Source of the DNA: Candidatus Latescibacterota bacterium
GTDB taxonomy: Bacteria > Latescibacterota > UBA2968 > GCA-2709665
Reading direction: 5' to 3'
Assembly (NCBI GenBank): GCA_965248435.1
Contig: OZ252100.1
Location: 4,448,001-4,512,000, forward strand
DNA: 64,000 nucleotides
The position numbers were made by a program, and so were the translations under genes. Under the pieces are notes generated by a model. That model had not been told where the DNA came from. It saw only the letters and a list, made by a program, of their open reading frames with translations, and ran no database searches. Within the stretch, counting starts at the first letter, position 1, and each line of letters opens with the position of its first letter. Below, one piece after another: positions 30,036-41,672 of the stretch.

Positions 30036-30532
30036 GTGGCAGAAGAACCCGAAGCCGAACCGCAAGAGGATAGGAAACCGCCTACGGATCCTGGCAAGTA
30101 CCTGGTATTGATCCTTGCGATTCTCGGATTGGAGGCTGTGGGTGGATACGTGGTTATCAACCGGGCCATTCCTCCACGAGAAGACTTTGTCGAGGAGGGC
30201 ATTGAAGAGCTGGAGTCTCAGGGGGAATTCAAGCCGCCTCTGTTTTTCACGGATCTCAAAAAGATGGTGATCAACCCTGTGGAACAAAAGGGAATGCATC
30301 TCGTTCAACTCAGTCTGGCCCTCGAGGTTGACTCAGAGATTGTGCTCGACGAGCTCAAGAAAAAGCAAGCGATGATACAGGATCTGATCCTTCAAAGACT
30401 GGAATCGTTTCCGATTCGGTCTATCAGAGATCCCCATAAGGACGACGTTCGTGAAGCGCTGAAACGGATTATCAATGCAGAGCTGAAGAACGGCGAAGCC
30501 CTGGCGGTCTATTTTACCGATATCGTCGTCCA

Positions 30533-30536
<4 letters not shown>
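30036..30536 (+). CDS. fliL: FliL-like flagellar basal-body-associated protein
   Basis: N-terminal TM helix, MVINP, LSLALEV, IQDLIL, C-terminal VYFTDIVVQ typical of FliL. Confidence 0.75.
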
Positions 30537-33197
<2,661 letters not shown>

Positions 33198-33198
33198 C

Positions 33199-33225
33199 GT
33201 AGAGACGCCGGCGGGGTGTCTCTAC
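33199..33225. repeat. GTAG-type REP palindrome
   Basis: GTAGAGACGCC-GGCGG-GGTGTCTCTAC. Confidence 0.8.
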
Positions 33226-33254
33226 GGTGGCAAAGCAATTGAGGAATCGTAGAA

Positions 33255-33563
33255 ATGAGGCGTGTCTTCCTGGAGGATGCGAAACCTGGCGACGAGGTTG
33301 CCGAGCCGGTTGTGAGCAGTCGCGGTGTCGTCATTCTAACGAAGGGATCTGCGCTGACCCTTGCACTCATCGGCAGGATGCGGAAGATGGGCATCGCAGA
33401 GGTCCTGGTGGAGGGCGATGATCCCGATGCACCACCTCCGGAGGAACTGGATGAGGCGTTGAAGGAATTGGATGCGAGATTCGAGGGCCTAGAAGAGAAC
33501 AGGCTGATGATGATGATCAAGAGGATTTCAAGGCAGCACGTGTTGGACCGGGCTTCGACCTGA
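33255..33563 (+). CDS. Small protein resembling the N-terminal domain of HD-GYP proteins
   Basis: LEDAKPGDEVAEPV...GVVILTKGSALT...RMRKMGI pattern; GAGG RBS; precedes an HDOD gene. Confidence 0.65.
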   Translation: MRRVFLEDAKPGDEVAEPVVSSRGVVILTKGSALTLALIGRMRKMGIAEVLVEGDDPDAPPPEELDEALKELDARFEGLEENRLMMMIKRISRQHVLDRAST

Positions 33564-33573
33564 AAGGGCAGAG

Positions 33574-34392
33574 ATGGAGGCAGCGGAGATGCGGCGCCGG
33601 GTGGAGAAGGTCATCTCCCTTCCAACGCTGCCCGGAATCGTGACCCGAATTACTCAGATGGTGGACGATCCAAATGCCACCGCGAGTGAAATCGGGAAGG
33701 AGATCGAGCAGGATCAGGTCTTGTCGGCCAAGGTTCTGAAGCTGGTGAATTCAGGCTTTTATGGGTTCTCTCAGCCGATTTCGACGATTTCGCACGCGAT
33801 GGTGCTGCTCGGGTTCAACGTGGTGAAGACACTGGTCCTCTCCACGGCCGTCCTGGATATGATGGCCAACTCCATGGTTGGTTTGTGGCACCACTCGCTG
33901 GCCTGCGCCCGCTCCTGCGGGATTATCGGGCGGCACCTGGACATGGCCGATCCGGAGGAGATCAGCGTGACCGGGCTGCTTCATGATCTTGGAAAAATCG
34001 TGCTTGAAGAGCATATGAAGGCGGAGTTCGACCAGATCGCAGATCTCGTTCAAGAGCGGAACGCGCTCTGCTATGAGGTCGAGGAGGAAGTGCTGGGGAT
34101 CACTCACGCCAATGTCGGCGGGTGGCTTCTACAAAAGTGGCAGCTTCCGAGTCAGCTCGTGGATCCGATCATGTTCCATCACAAATTCCATCCCTCGCGC
34201 GCCAACGCGGAGCGAACCGCTGTGGTTCACCTGGCCGACATCCTGGTGCGCTCCGAAGGTTACGGATCCGGTGGAGACCGACGGATTCCCGTCGCCTCCG
34301 AGGAGGCCGTCTCTCTGCTGAATCTGAAGGAACGCGACTTCCAGGAAATCATGGATGCGACGGTGGAAGCAATGCGGGGGGTGATCACTTAA
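33574..34392 (+). CDS. HDOD domain protein
   Basis: LPTLP, DQVLSAKVLKLVNSGFYG, LWHHSLACA, GLLHDLGK, THANVGGWLLQKWQLP. Confidence 0.93.
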   Translation: MEAAEMRRRVEKVISLPTLPGIVTRITQMVDDPNATASEIGKEIEQDQVLSAKVLKLVNSGFYGFSQPISTISHAMVLLGFNVVKTLVLSTAVLDMMANSMVGLWHHSLACARSCGIIGRHLDMADPEEISVTGLLHDLGKIVLEEHMKAEFDQIADLVQERNALCYEVEEEVLGITHANVGGWLLQKWQLPSQLVDPIMFHHKFHPSRANAERTAVVHLADILVRSEGYGSGGDRRIPVASEEAVSLLNLKERDFQEIMDATVEAMRGVIT

Positions 34393-35420
34393 CTGAGAAC
34401 CTGATTCATCTGCCGTGCGCTCTGATTGTTGCTGACCGGGACCTGAAAACCCTCTCCGGAAGCCGGAAAGGGTTTTCAGTTTTTGGGGTCAGATTGGAAT
34501 CGGACGCCGCATCGAAACATTTGAGCGAGCTGGAGCGCGCGATCCTGGCGGACTCCGATTTTTCGGGACACGCCCGCGGGATGATGGCGGGTCTGTCCCG
34601 TCCTGGCAGCGAGACCCAATTTTCGTGGGACCGGAATGGGCGGACTTATGAAGTCGTGATCTCCAGAATGGAAGGCGGAACGTCGGAGGTATATGCGTTC
34701 CTGTTTAACGATGTAACGGAGAGGATGCGTTTTCAGGAAACACAGGAACTTGCCCGGCGTTACCTGGAGGACATCCTGAACAACATCCAGCTGGGTGTGA
34801 TCGTACTGAGCCGCGACATGCGCATAACGAATCTGAATCGGGCGCAAGAGCGGTTTCTGAATCGGATGGGGATTCGGATGAGCTGGGTGGAGGTCATCGG
34901 AATGGAGATGGCCGAGCTCATGTCCGAGGATGCGATTTGGAGTCAGGTCGCGGAACAGGTCCTGGACCAGGGAGAGGGGTTTGCGGGTCCTCAGCGGACC
35001 TACCAGACCGAGGACGGTGACCTTATCCTGTCGATAGAGATCACCCCGCTGCGGGACCCGCACGGCAAAGTCATCGGGGCAATCCAGGTGTCGGAGGATG
35101 TGACGGAGAAGGTGAAACTGGAAGGGGAGCTGCACGATGCCGAGATCAAGGCGGAGCGACTGGAGGCGGTTCGAGAGACGGCTGTAGCTGTAAACCACGA
35201 AGTGAACAATCCGCTGGCGAGCATCCTGGGGATGACTCAGCTCCTCTTGCTCTCGGCGGAGAAACTGGACGAAGATACGCTCAGGAAGTTGAAACAGATC
35301 GAGGCTGGCGTGAATCGGATCGCAAGCGTTACGAGCAAACTCGGATCGCTCGATAAACTGAAGACCAAGGACTATATTTCGGAAGGGCCCAAGATGCTGG
35401 ATCTGGGTTTGGGGGAGTAA
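34389..35420 (+). CDS. PAS-PAS-HisKA-like protein without HATPase; start uncertain (possibly TTA 34389)
   Basis: ILNNIQLGVIVL...PLRDPHGKVIGAIQVSEDVTE PAS/PAC; AVNHEVNNPL; ends 60 aa later. The upstream part of the track ORF overlaps the HDOD gene and looks spurious. Confidence 0.8.
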   Translation, partial: LTENLIHLPCALIVADRDLKTLSGSRKGFSVFGVRLESDAASKHLSELERAILADSDFSGHARGMMAGLSRPGSETQFSWDRNGRTYEVVISRMEGGTSEVYAFLFNDVTERMRFQETQELARRYLEDILNNIQLGVIVLSRDMRITNLNRAQERFLNRMGIRMSWVEVIGMEMAELMSEDAIWSQVAEQVLDQGEGFAGPQRTYQTEDGDLILSIEITPLRDPHGKVIGAIQVSEDVTEKVKLEGELHDAEIKAERLEAVRETAVAVNHEVNNPLASILGMTQLLLLSAEKLDEDTLRKLKQIEAGVNRIASVTSKLGSLDKLKTKDYISEGPKMLDLGLGE

Positions 35421-35423
35421 TCG

Positions 35424-35465
35424 CGTATCTCGTATTCCTTATCTCGTATCTCGTAGTTCGTATCT
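35424..35465. repeat. Heptamer tandem repeat, six CGTATCT-like copies
   Basis: CGTATCT CGTATTC CTTATCT CGTATCT CGTAGTT CGTATCT. Confidence 0.8.
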
Positions 35466-35493
35466 CGCGGGCCAGTCATCCCGCGTTTTTTTT
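35466..35493 (+). terminator. Rho-independent terminator
   Basis: CGCGGG-CCAGTCAT-CCCGCG followed by T8. Confidence 0.75.
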
Positions 35494-35525
35494 GCAATTC
35501 GATTCGCGTAGCCGCTGGGAGGTCT

Positions 35526-37037
35526 CTACGGTACGGTGAGATCGAAATTGCCGACGAAGGTGAGAAAGTCCAAAAAAGTAACCCGGCGATCACCGTCCAG
35601 GTCATAGGTCGGATCGTATCCGGGCTGTCCCGCACCAAGGTCGAAATGGACAGCGAACTCGACAAAGTCTTCGAATGCGACCCGGCCGCTCGCGTCGAAG
35701 TCGGAGGCAGCCGGCGAAGTGCCGTCCAGAGGCGTAATCGAAAACGTGTAGGCCTCATCCTGGCCAGAGGTTCGGGCGATGGCCAGTGCTCTGTTTTCCT
35801 GGCCGAAAGCTGCAAGTCGCTCAGACGTGCCCTGTGGAATGGAGAAAGAGGCCATCATGGGGCTGCCGTCCCGCTCAGAAATCAGAACGGCCAGGAGGTC
35901 GCTTTCGCCCGAAAACTGGATGGAGAGGCCATCGGAATGACCAAGCGCGAGGTAATCCACTCCCCAGAGCCGCACGTTTCGGGTGAGGTCCTCGGCAGGC
36001 ACGATAACTGTATCCCGGTGGACCGGCCCGAGGTCGATCCTGGCGTATCCGAAATCGTCCGGACCATCCAGGTAAGCGGCCGCCGCCCAGGCGGCGAATA
36101 GATCTTCAAAGCGGTCCGAAACGCCAAGACCTGTAAGGACACGCTCGAGGCCGGTGATTCCGTTTTCGGGCTCCTCAACGAGGTCCTTCAGCGCCGCATC
36201 GCCATATCGTTGGGCGTAATAGGTCATGAACAGGAATGCCTGGTCGAAGTCGAAGGCAGTGTCCTCCCAAACCGTCAGGCTGGTGTTCGTCACCTCCAGA
36301 AAGGCCGAAGCCGCGGATTTCGTCGTGTCTTTATAGCCGCAAACCAGCTCGGCATATTCAGAGCAGCCTTCGTCCACCCATTTTTCTTCGTCCGGGTCCG
36401 ATCTCCAGTGCAGCATGTGCTGGAATTCGTGAGCCAATGTCGCTTTGGCGAGCTCGCTTTCTATGTCAAGGGGATTGCTGTCCAGATAGACAATCTCTCT
36501 AGAAGTCGGCGCGGCCTGGTTCTCGGCGTCGAAGTATCCGACGAAGGTGGTTCCGGTAAACGGACTGTCCAGGATGTCGAGGATGACGATCAAGATGCGG
36601 GGGTCGCCGTCCACATCTGGTTCGTGACCGAACAAGTCGGTCTCGACTTCAAAGATCCCGCGATCCTCGTGTCTGGCCGTCGCGTCGTCGAAGGCGTGGG
36701 CGAGAGATTCCAATCCGGCCTGTGTGACTCGAGAAGTCCCCCATACGTCGTCTTCGACGAAGAGGTAACAGCTTTGGCCGACCAATCGACAGGTCGTTGT
36801 CGTCTGGTAGTGCCCTTCATCTCCCAATCGGAAGCTGAAGGCCGGAACCGTGAGGGGGTCGCCCACCTGGAAGGATTGTGTGAATTGGCGGAAAGTCAGA
36901 GGTTTGTCGAGGTGCTGCCGTCTTGGAAGGAGGTGCGTGCCGCTCTTCGGGATCGGGGCGGCTGCAGCGCTGAGGCTGTTGCAGCAGGAGATGAGGATGG
37001 TGATACAGCTGATGGAGAGACGTTTCAGGAAGTCCAT
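35526..37037 (-). CDS. Secreted gluzincin-type metallopeptidase (M30-like) with C-terminal EF-hand/dockerin-like repeats
   Basis: Signal peptide; DVDGDPRILI; TLAHEFQHMLH...WVDEGCSEYAE; DFDASGRVAFEDF and DLDGDRRVTFLDF repeats. Confidence 0.82.
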   Translation of the reverse strand: MDFLKRLSISCITILISCCNSLSAAAAPIPKSGTHLLPRRQHLDKPLTFRQFTQSFQVGDPLTVPAFSFRLGDEGHYQTTTTCRLVGQSCYLFVEDDVWGTSRVTQAGLESLAHAFDDATARHEDRGIFEVETDLFGHEPDVDGDPRILIVILDILDSPFTGTTFVGYFDAENQAAPTSREIVYLDSNPLDIESELAKATLAHEFQHMLHWRSDPDEEKWVDEGCSEYAELVCGYKDTTKSAASAFLEVTNTSLTVWEDTAFDFDQAFLFMTYYAQRYGDAALKDLVEEPENGITGLERVLTGLGVSDRFEDLFAAWAAAAYLDGPDDFGYARIDLGPVHRDTVIVPAEDLTRNVRLWGVDYLALGHSDGLSIQFSGESDLLAVLISERDGSPMMASFSIPQGTSERLAAFGQENRALAIARTSGQDEAYTFSITPLDGTSPAASDFDASGRVAFEDFVEFAVHFDLGAGQPGYDPTYDLDGDRRVTFLDFLTFVGNFDLTVP

Positions 37038-37047
37038 AGCTGGTCCT

Positions 37048-37770
37048 TCAGAACCCGGCTCTCAAGCGGACCCCAAGGCCCCCTTCCGGATGCGCGAACG
37101 CGCGCCACTCCATCCGCGCCGGGCCTTCCTGGGCCAGCGTCCTGCGCGCGATTCGAGCGGCGTTCAGCGCACTCGCAAATCTGTTGAAAACAAGGGCGCC
37201 CACGAAAAGGAACGCCGTCTGTCCCGCCGAGTTCGCTTTGCTGCGGAGTCTTTGAAACTCGAAACGAGACGCATCCGAGTCCCATTCCCAGAGGTTCGGA
37301 ACGGTTTCCGGTCTCAGGGTCGCGAATTCTCCGTCCAAAAATCGGGCCCTGGTATTGCGGTCGTAAATGCTTCGAAACAGAACCATGTCGTCGAAGAACG
37401 CGTTCGACTTCCCTTCCGTTTTCACACCCGCGTGGGTTGCGGCGAACGATTTGAAGGCGTCCTCACGGTCGGACTCCAGGCCTCTGAAGAGGACCGTGCC
37501 GGACCAGAAGGAGGCTTCGGTGAAGAAGAAAAATCTGGAGGATCGACGCCCGCCGGCGTAGTGCTCGCCAGCTCCGGGGAGGAGAAGAGAGAGCAGGGCA
37601 GCCTTGCGGGGCGACCTTGCGGTGTGGGATTCAGCCGCGACCTGACCGCTCGCACAGGCTATCAGGCAGATGATCAGGCTCAAGAACACCCAGGTCGGTA
37701 CGTTATTGTAGAGACGCCCCAGCGGGGCGTCTCTACGGTCAATTGATTGCGATAGATGGATTCGGGACAT
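37048..37770 (-). CDS. Exported/membrane protein (DUF5683-like)
   Basis: SPRKAALLSLLLPGAGEHYAG motif; C-terminal beta-strand ending in F. Confidence 0.65.
   Translation of the reverse strand: MSRIHLSQSIDRRDAPLGRLYNNVPTWVFLSLIICLIACASGQVAAESHTARSPRKAALLSLLLPGAGEHYAGGRRSSRFFFFTEASFWSGTVLFRGLESDREDAFKSFAATHAGVKTEGKSNAFFDDMVLFRSIYDRNTRARFLDGEFATLRPETVPNLWEWDSDASRFEFQRLRSKANSAGQTAFLFVGALVFNRFASALNAARIARRTLAQEGPARMEWRAFAHPEGGLGVRLRAGF
37708..37736. repeat. Perfect GTAG-type REP within the 5' end of an ORF
   Basis: GTAGAGACGCCCC-AGC-GGGGCGTCTCTAC. Confidence 0.88.
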
Positions 37771-37783
37771 TTTTCACAATGTT

Positions 37784-38587
37784 TTAGAACCGGGTGCTCA
37801 GGCTCAAGGTCGGCGCGATGTCCCCATTGAGGTTTGCCGGAAAGACGTCAACGCGTAGATGTGAGCGGCTATCCGCACGGTTCACTGAACGGGCGAGCCA
37901 GGATGCGTGAATGGCGCTCGTGATCCGATTCAGAACCGCCAGCCCGACGACAACGGAGGCCCGCTTCAAGAGTTTGTTGCTTTCGTTTCGCTGACCCTCA
38001 TAGTCCAGCCTCAACCCGGACTGTATCTGCTCGTTGTTCGTCGCGAGGGGAAGGTCTCTGGTGTCATCCCAGCCGTAGACGAACTGATCGTATTTTCCGA
38101 TCACCTCGTAGTACTGCTGGGTGTCCACTCTTTCACACGCGCCTGGATTGGGGGCGTCGTCCTTGCAGGGCAGGAGGTGAGTTTCGTTCACGGGAAACCC
38201 CTGAGTCTGATTGAGCGTCTGCCAATCCCTGTATCTGTCCTCATCCCAAAGGCGGTCGGCAAAGGCCCGGAATTCGGTCCTCAAGTCATTGCCTCTGCTT
38301 CGCCAACGTGCGTAGGTGATCCAGATGAGGGCTTCGGCGGCCATGAATCCGATGGCCCGCTTTTTCGCTCCGGTATACAGTTCCCCCAGTCCCGGGATGG
38401 CGAGCGACATCAAGAAGGCGGTCGAGGGAGATTTGGCGGGGGTCTCTCCCTTAGGGTCGCCTTCGGACAGGGGACGACGCGCGTTCGGTTCAGAACCGAT
38501 CGCCGGCATCCCTGTAGGTTCCGTTGCCCACACGGACGACCCGAACAACATCGCGGAAAGCAGCGCGATCGCCATTTTGGTTGTCAT
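37784..38587 (-). CDS. Exported/membrane protein (DUF5683-like), paralogue of its neighbour
   Basis: Signal peptide; KSPSTAFLMSLAIPGLGELYTG; QQYYEVIGKYDQFVYGW; ends LSTRF. Confidence 0.7.
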   Translation of the reverse strand: MTTKMAIALLSAMLFGSSVWATEPTGMPAIGSEPNARRPLSEGDPKGETPAKSPSTAFLMSLAIPGLGELYTGAKKRAIGFMAAEALIWITYARWRSRGNDLRTEFRAFADRLWDEDRYRDWQTLNQTQGFPVNETHLLPCKDDAPNPGACERVDTQQYYEVIGKYDQFVYGWDDTRDLPLATNNEQIQSGLRLDYEGQRNESNKLLKRASVVVGLAVLNRITSAIHASWLARSVNRADSRSHLRVDVFPANLNGDIAPTLSLSTRF

Positions 38588-38615
38588 AGCCCTGCTCCTG
38601 TTCAGCAAAACAAAG

Positions 38616-41600
38616 TCAGGATCCGACGCTCTCCAGATACCCAAAGAGTAGGGTAAAGTAGAGTTTCAAACCACTTCTTTTCCCGACCATACCTGGTGAG
38701 GTCAGTGGGGCCGTGTCGAACCCGTAGGCCGCGTCGAAGCCGACTCGGGTCGGAAAGAGATAGAATGAGGTGGCATCGTACCGAACCTGCATCCCGATGT
38801 CCCGCTTCCACCCCCTTTTGAGGATGTCATCACGGGCGTCGCCATCCCAGGCACGCCCGATGCCGGCGTAGAGTGCGCCGTAGACCTGGTCGGAATGGAG
38901 GGGTCCTGTCAGCCGACCGATCCGGGTCCAGAGGGGGAACCGATATGCGGCCCGAAACATCGCAACGCGGCGCCCTTCGAGGCCGTAGAAGGTATATCCC
39001 TTCATGTAGGGCAGGCCCCCGAGATGGAAGTCGAAGAAGTCGTCCACGCTTCTGTCTATCAGGCCGCCGTAGAATCTGAGTCCGAGGGCGCTCCGACCCG
39101 GGCCCAGCCCCAGATACTCGCTCCAGTCCAGACTGAGCTGATTGTAAAAGTATCGGTCGTAAATTTCGATCAGTATGGAGCTGTTTTCCTTGAATCCGTT
39201 CAGGAAGTAGTTGAAAAACCGGTCGTATCGCAGGGTGACGTTCCGGCCTGAGCTTGGATTGATCTCGGAGTCGATCGTACGAGATACGGTGTTCCGGCGA
39301 TAGGTGAACGCGAGGTCAAGACCGTTCAAGTAGGTGGCACCCAAGGTGACCCTGTTGAAGCCGTTGAACCTCGCCTGTTCTATGGATACGCCGTAGCGGC
39401 TGTAGATGAGCCGGGCATCCAGGATGTCCCCTCGGCTCATCCGCGTGCGAACGCCGAGGTCGATTTCGTTCAGGGCGAACGTGCGGTTGAAGATACGGAA
39501 GTCCTCATCTCGATTGACCACGTCTTCCGAAACGTGTCTGGATTGCCTGTAGACTTCGAAAAAGACAGTCGGACGCCATCTTCGGTATTCGAAGATGCCG
39601 AAGAGGTCGAGGTCCCGATTGGGAGAGACCATTCCTCCGAGGAAGAGCGTTTGTTTTCGCAAGACATCGTCGGAGGTTGCGAAAAAGCCGACTTTGGGTC
39701 TACCGTCGTCCCACGCGATCCTGGGAAGCAGCAGCAGGTTGGAAAACTCATTTCCATACCGCCGACTAGGTTGAGCAGCATCGGTGCTGGCGAATCGGGC
39801 GAGCGTGCTCGCGTCGCGAACGTCTCTAAAAGGCCGGGGGTCTACCCGCTCGCGATCGTGGCTCCCGTTGATGGACCTGATTTCGTAGCCGGTTGGACCG
39901 TAGTGAGCGTAGGCGATCCGGCCATCCACGGGATTGATGTCGGGATGCATGGCCCCTCCCAGAACACGAGTCAATCGGTCTACGGCGCCGTCGGCAAGGT
40001 TGATGTGATAGAGGTCGAAGATCCCTTCCAAGTCGGAAGCGAAGACCAGGCCGGTGCCATCCGAGGTCCAGCAGGGGTCTCGGTCGGTCCCGGAAGAGGC
40101 GACGACGTAGGACCAATCCCCCCCATCGGCATCGATCACCGCGATGTCCCTGCCTCTTCCTTCCTTGAATACGGAGACCGCGATGGATTCCCCCTGTGGG
40201 GACCATCTGGGCGTGTAAATCTGTGTTCCATCATCGAACCGGGTGAGGAATCGGACCTGCTTCGATCGGATGTCCATGACCCCGAGGTTGGTTGTGCCGG
40301 CCGCATTCTTTACGAAGGCGACCTCTATCCCGTCGGGTGAAACAGAGGGATGTGCACCGCGGAGCCCGTGCGTGAGGCGAACTTCACCGGGCCGCTCCCC
40401 CTGGGGCAGCCCGACAAACCCTTTGACCTTGTGGAGCGGCCCCTCGCCCGTAGCTGAAGGGTCCACGGTATAGAGGTCTCTGAATCTGGAGCCGTAGCGC
40501 TCGGGTGGACTCCTCCTGGAGAAGAGGAGGCTGGACCCGTCGGGAGACCAGTCGAACGCCGACGTCACCCCCGGCGCGCCGAGTTCGGCAGTATCGTCTT
40601 CCTGCGAGAAGATATAAAGATTCGTGCGTCCAAAATCGCTGGCGGCGTTCGAGAGGTAGGCGAGCCGCTTTCCATCTGGCGACCACCTGGGGTGCAGGTT
40701 GAAGTAGCCGTCAGAATGAATCAGCTCGCTTGCGGTGGAATCGGCTCCGATGCGCGCCTCCTGGATCCGGTATCGCTCCTCGAGCGCGGCGACCCAGCGG
40801 CCGTGGAGTTCCCGCATCGAGATTCCGAGTGCCTCCTGGACGGCCCCTCCGAAGTCGGTGCGCCACCAAGTTGCTGCGTTTCGGTAGATCTCCCTCAGCT
40901 TTGCGTCTCCAAAGTTGTTCACAATGTGGAGGACAAGAGAGTAGCCGTGGTCGTACACCTTTTCGAGCCCGAGGCCCGACTTGGCTCCAAAGACGGACAT
41001 TTCGTCATAGCTGAGCAGTGAGCCGTTCAACGTGGCCATGCGGAGGATCATGTCCCTGTGGGAATCCCAACTGTCGTGATGCGCCCCCCTTGCCATGTAC
41101 TGCGCCGTGCCTTCGGCGTACCACGGGGGCACCTGGGTCGTCGGTACGGCATAGGAGGCCAGAATGTTGGGGTATCCGGAAAGGATGTCTTCGCGTCGGC
41201 CTTCGCTCTGGTAGCCCAGGACGTGGAAATAGATCGCGGGAATCCGCGCCGATGCCTTTCGAGCCGTCTGCAGGGAAATGATGTGAGACAGCTCGTGAGT
41301 GACGACGTTGCTCAGCCAATCAGTGGACCCCCTGAGCTCGAAGTCGAGGCTGGATGCCGAAATCTCTATCGTATTGTGGTAATAATAGGCCGCACCGTTC
41401 GCGTAGTCGTCGGTGTCTTTCAGGATCATCCTGACCTTGTCATCGGGGACAAACCGGTAGAGTTCCGTGACCGGGCCAAAGACCTGCTCGGCGACTCCGG
41501 CCGCCCGCCTCGCGAACCCGTCCAGGCCCTGGTGATAGTAGACCTTGAAGTGTGGCGTCTCCAGGACTTCCCAGTTCAGCTCGGGATGGTTGGGCTCGTC

Positions 41601-41672
41601 CAGTAACTGAGCGGAGACCGTCTGGAAGCTCGCCAACAGACAGATGGCGGTTGAGCGTAGAAGGATTCTCAT
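38616..41672 (-). CDS. Gluzincin domain + TolB/PD40 propeller + Omp85-like beta-barrel outer-membrane protein
   Basis: Signal peptide; WEVLETPHFKVYY, VVTHELSH...PPWYAEGTAQY; WSPDG repeats; C-terminal alternating beta-strands with LGGLPYMKGY. Confidence 0.8.
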   Translation of the reverse strand: MRILLRSTAICLLASFQTVSAQLLDEPNHPELNWEVLETPHFKVYYHQGLDGFARRAAGVAEQVFGPVTELYRFVPDDKVRMILKDTDDYANGAAYYYHNTIEISASSLDFELRGSTDWLSNVVTHELSHIISLQTARKASARIPAIYFHVLGYQSEGRREDILSGYPNILASYAVPTTQVPPWYAEGTAQYMARGAHHDSWDSHRDMILRMATLNGSLLSYDEMSVFGAKSGLGLEKVYDHGYSLVLHIVNNFGDAKLREIYRNAATWWRTDFGGAVQEALGISMRELHGRWVAALEERYRIQEARIGADSTASELIHSDGYFNLHPRWSPDGKRLAYLSNAASDFGRTNLYIFSQEDDTAELGAPGVTSAFDWSPDGSSLLFSRRSPPERYGSRFRDLYTVDPSATGEGPLHKVKGFVGLPQGERPGEVRLTHGLRGAHPSVSPDGIEVAFVKNAAGTTNLGVMDIRSKQVRFLTRFDDGTQIYTPRWSPQGESIAVSVFKEGRGRDIAVIDADGGDWSYVVASSGTDRDPCWTSDGTGLVFASDLEGIFDLYHINLADGAVDRLTRVLGGAMHPDINPVDGRIAYAHYGPTGYEIRSINGSHDRERVDPRPFRDVRDASTLARFASTDAAQPSRRYGNEFSNLLLLPRIAWDDGRPKVGFFATSDDVLRKQTLFLGGMVSPNRDLDLFGIFEYRRWRPTVFFEVYRQSRHVSEDVVNRDEDFRIFNRTFALNEIDLGVRTRMSRGDILDARLIYSRYGVSIEQARFNGFNRVTLGATYLNGLDLAFTYRRNTVSRTIDSEINPSSGRNVTLRYDRFFNYFLNGFKENSSILIEIYDRYFYNQLSLDWSEYLGLGPGRSALGLRFYGGLIDRSVDDFFDFHLGGLPYMKGYTFYGLEGRRVAMFRAAYRFPLWTRIGRLTGPLHSDQVYGALYAGIGRAWDGDARDDILKRGWKRDIGMQVRYDATSFYLFPTRVGFDAAYGFDTAPLTSPGMVGKRSGLKLYFTLLFGYLESVGS

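Noticed and set aside
34122-34388. N-terminal 89 aa of the 432-aa track ORF
   Set aside because: Overlaps the HDOD gene out of frame and is low-complexity Arg/Gly-rich; domain-like sequence starts only at 34389.
36210-37746. Long plus-strand ORFs (325 aa and 298 aa)
   Set aside because: Antisense shadows of motif-bearing minus-strand genes, expected in GC-rich DNA.
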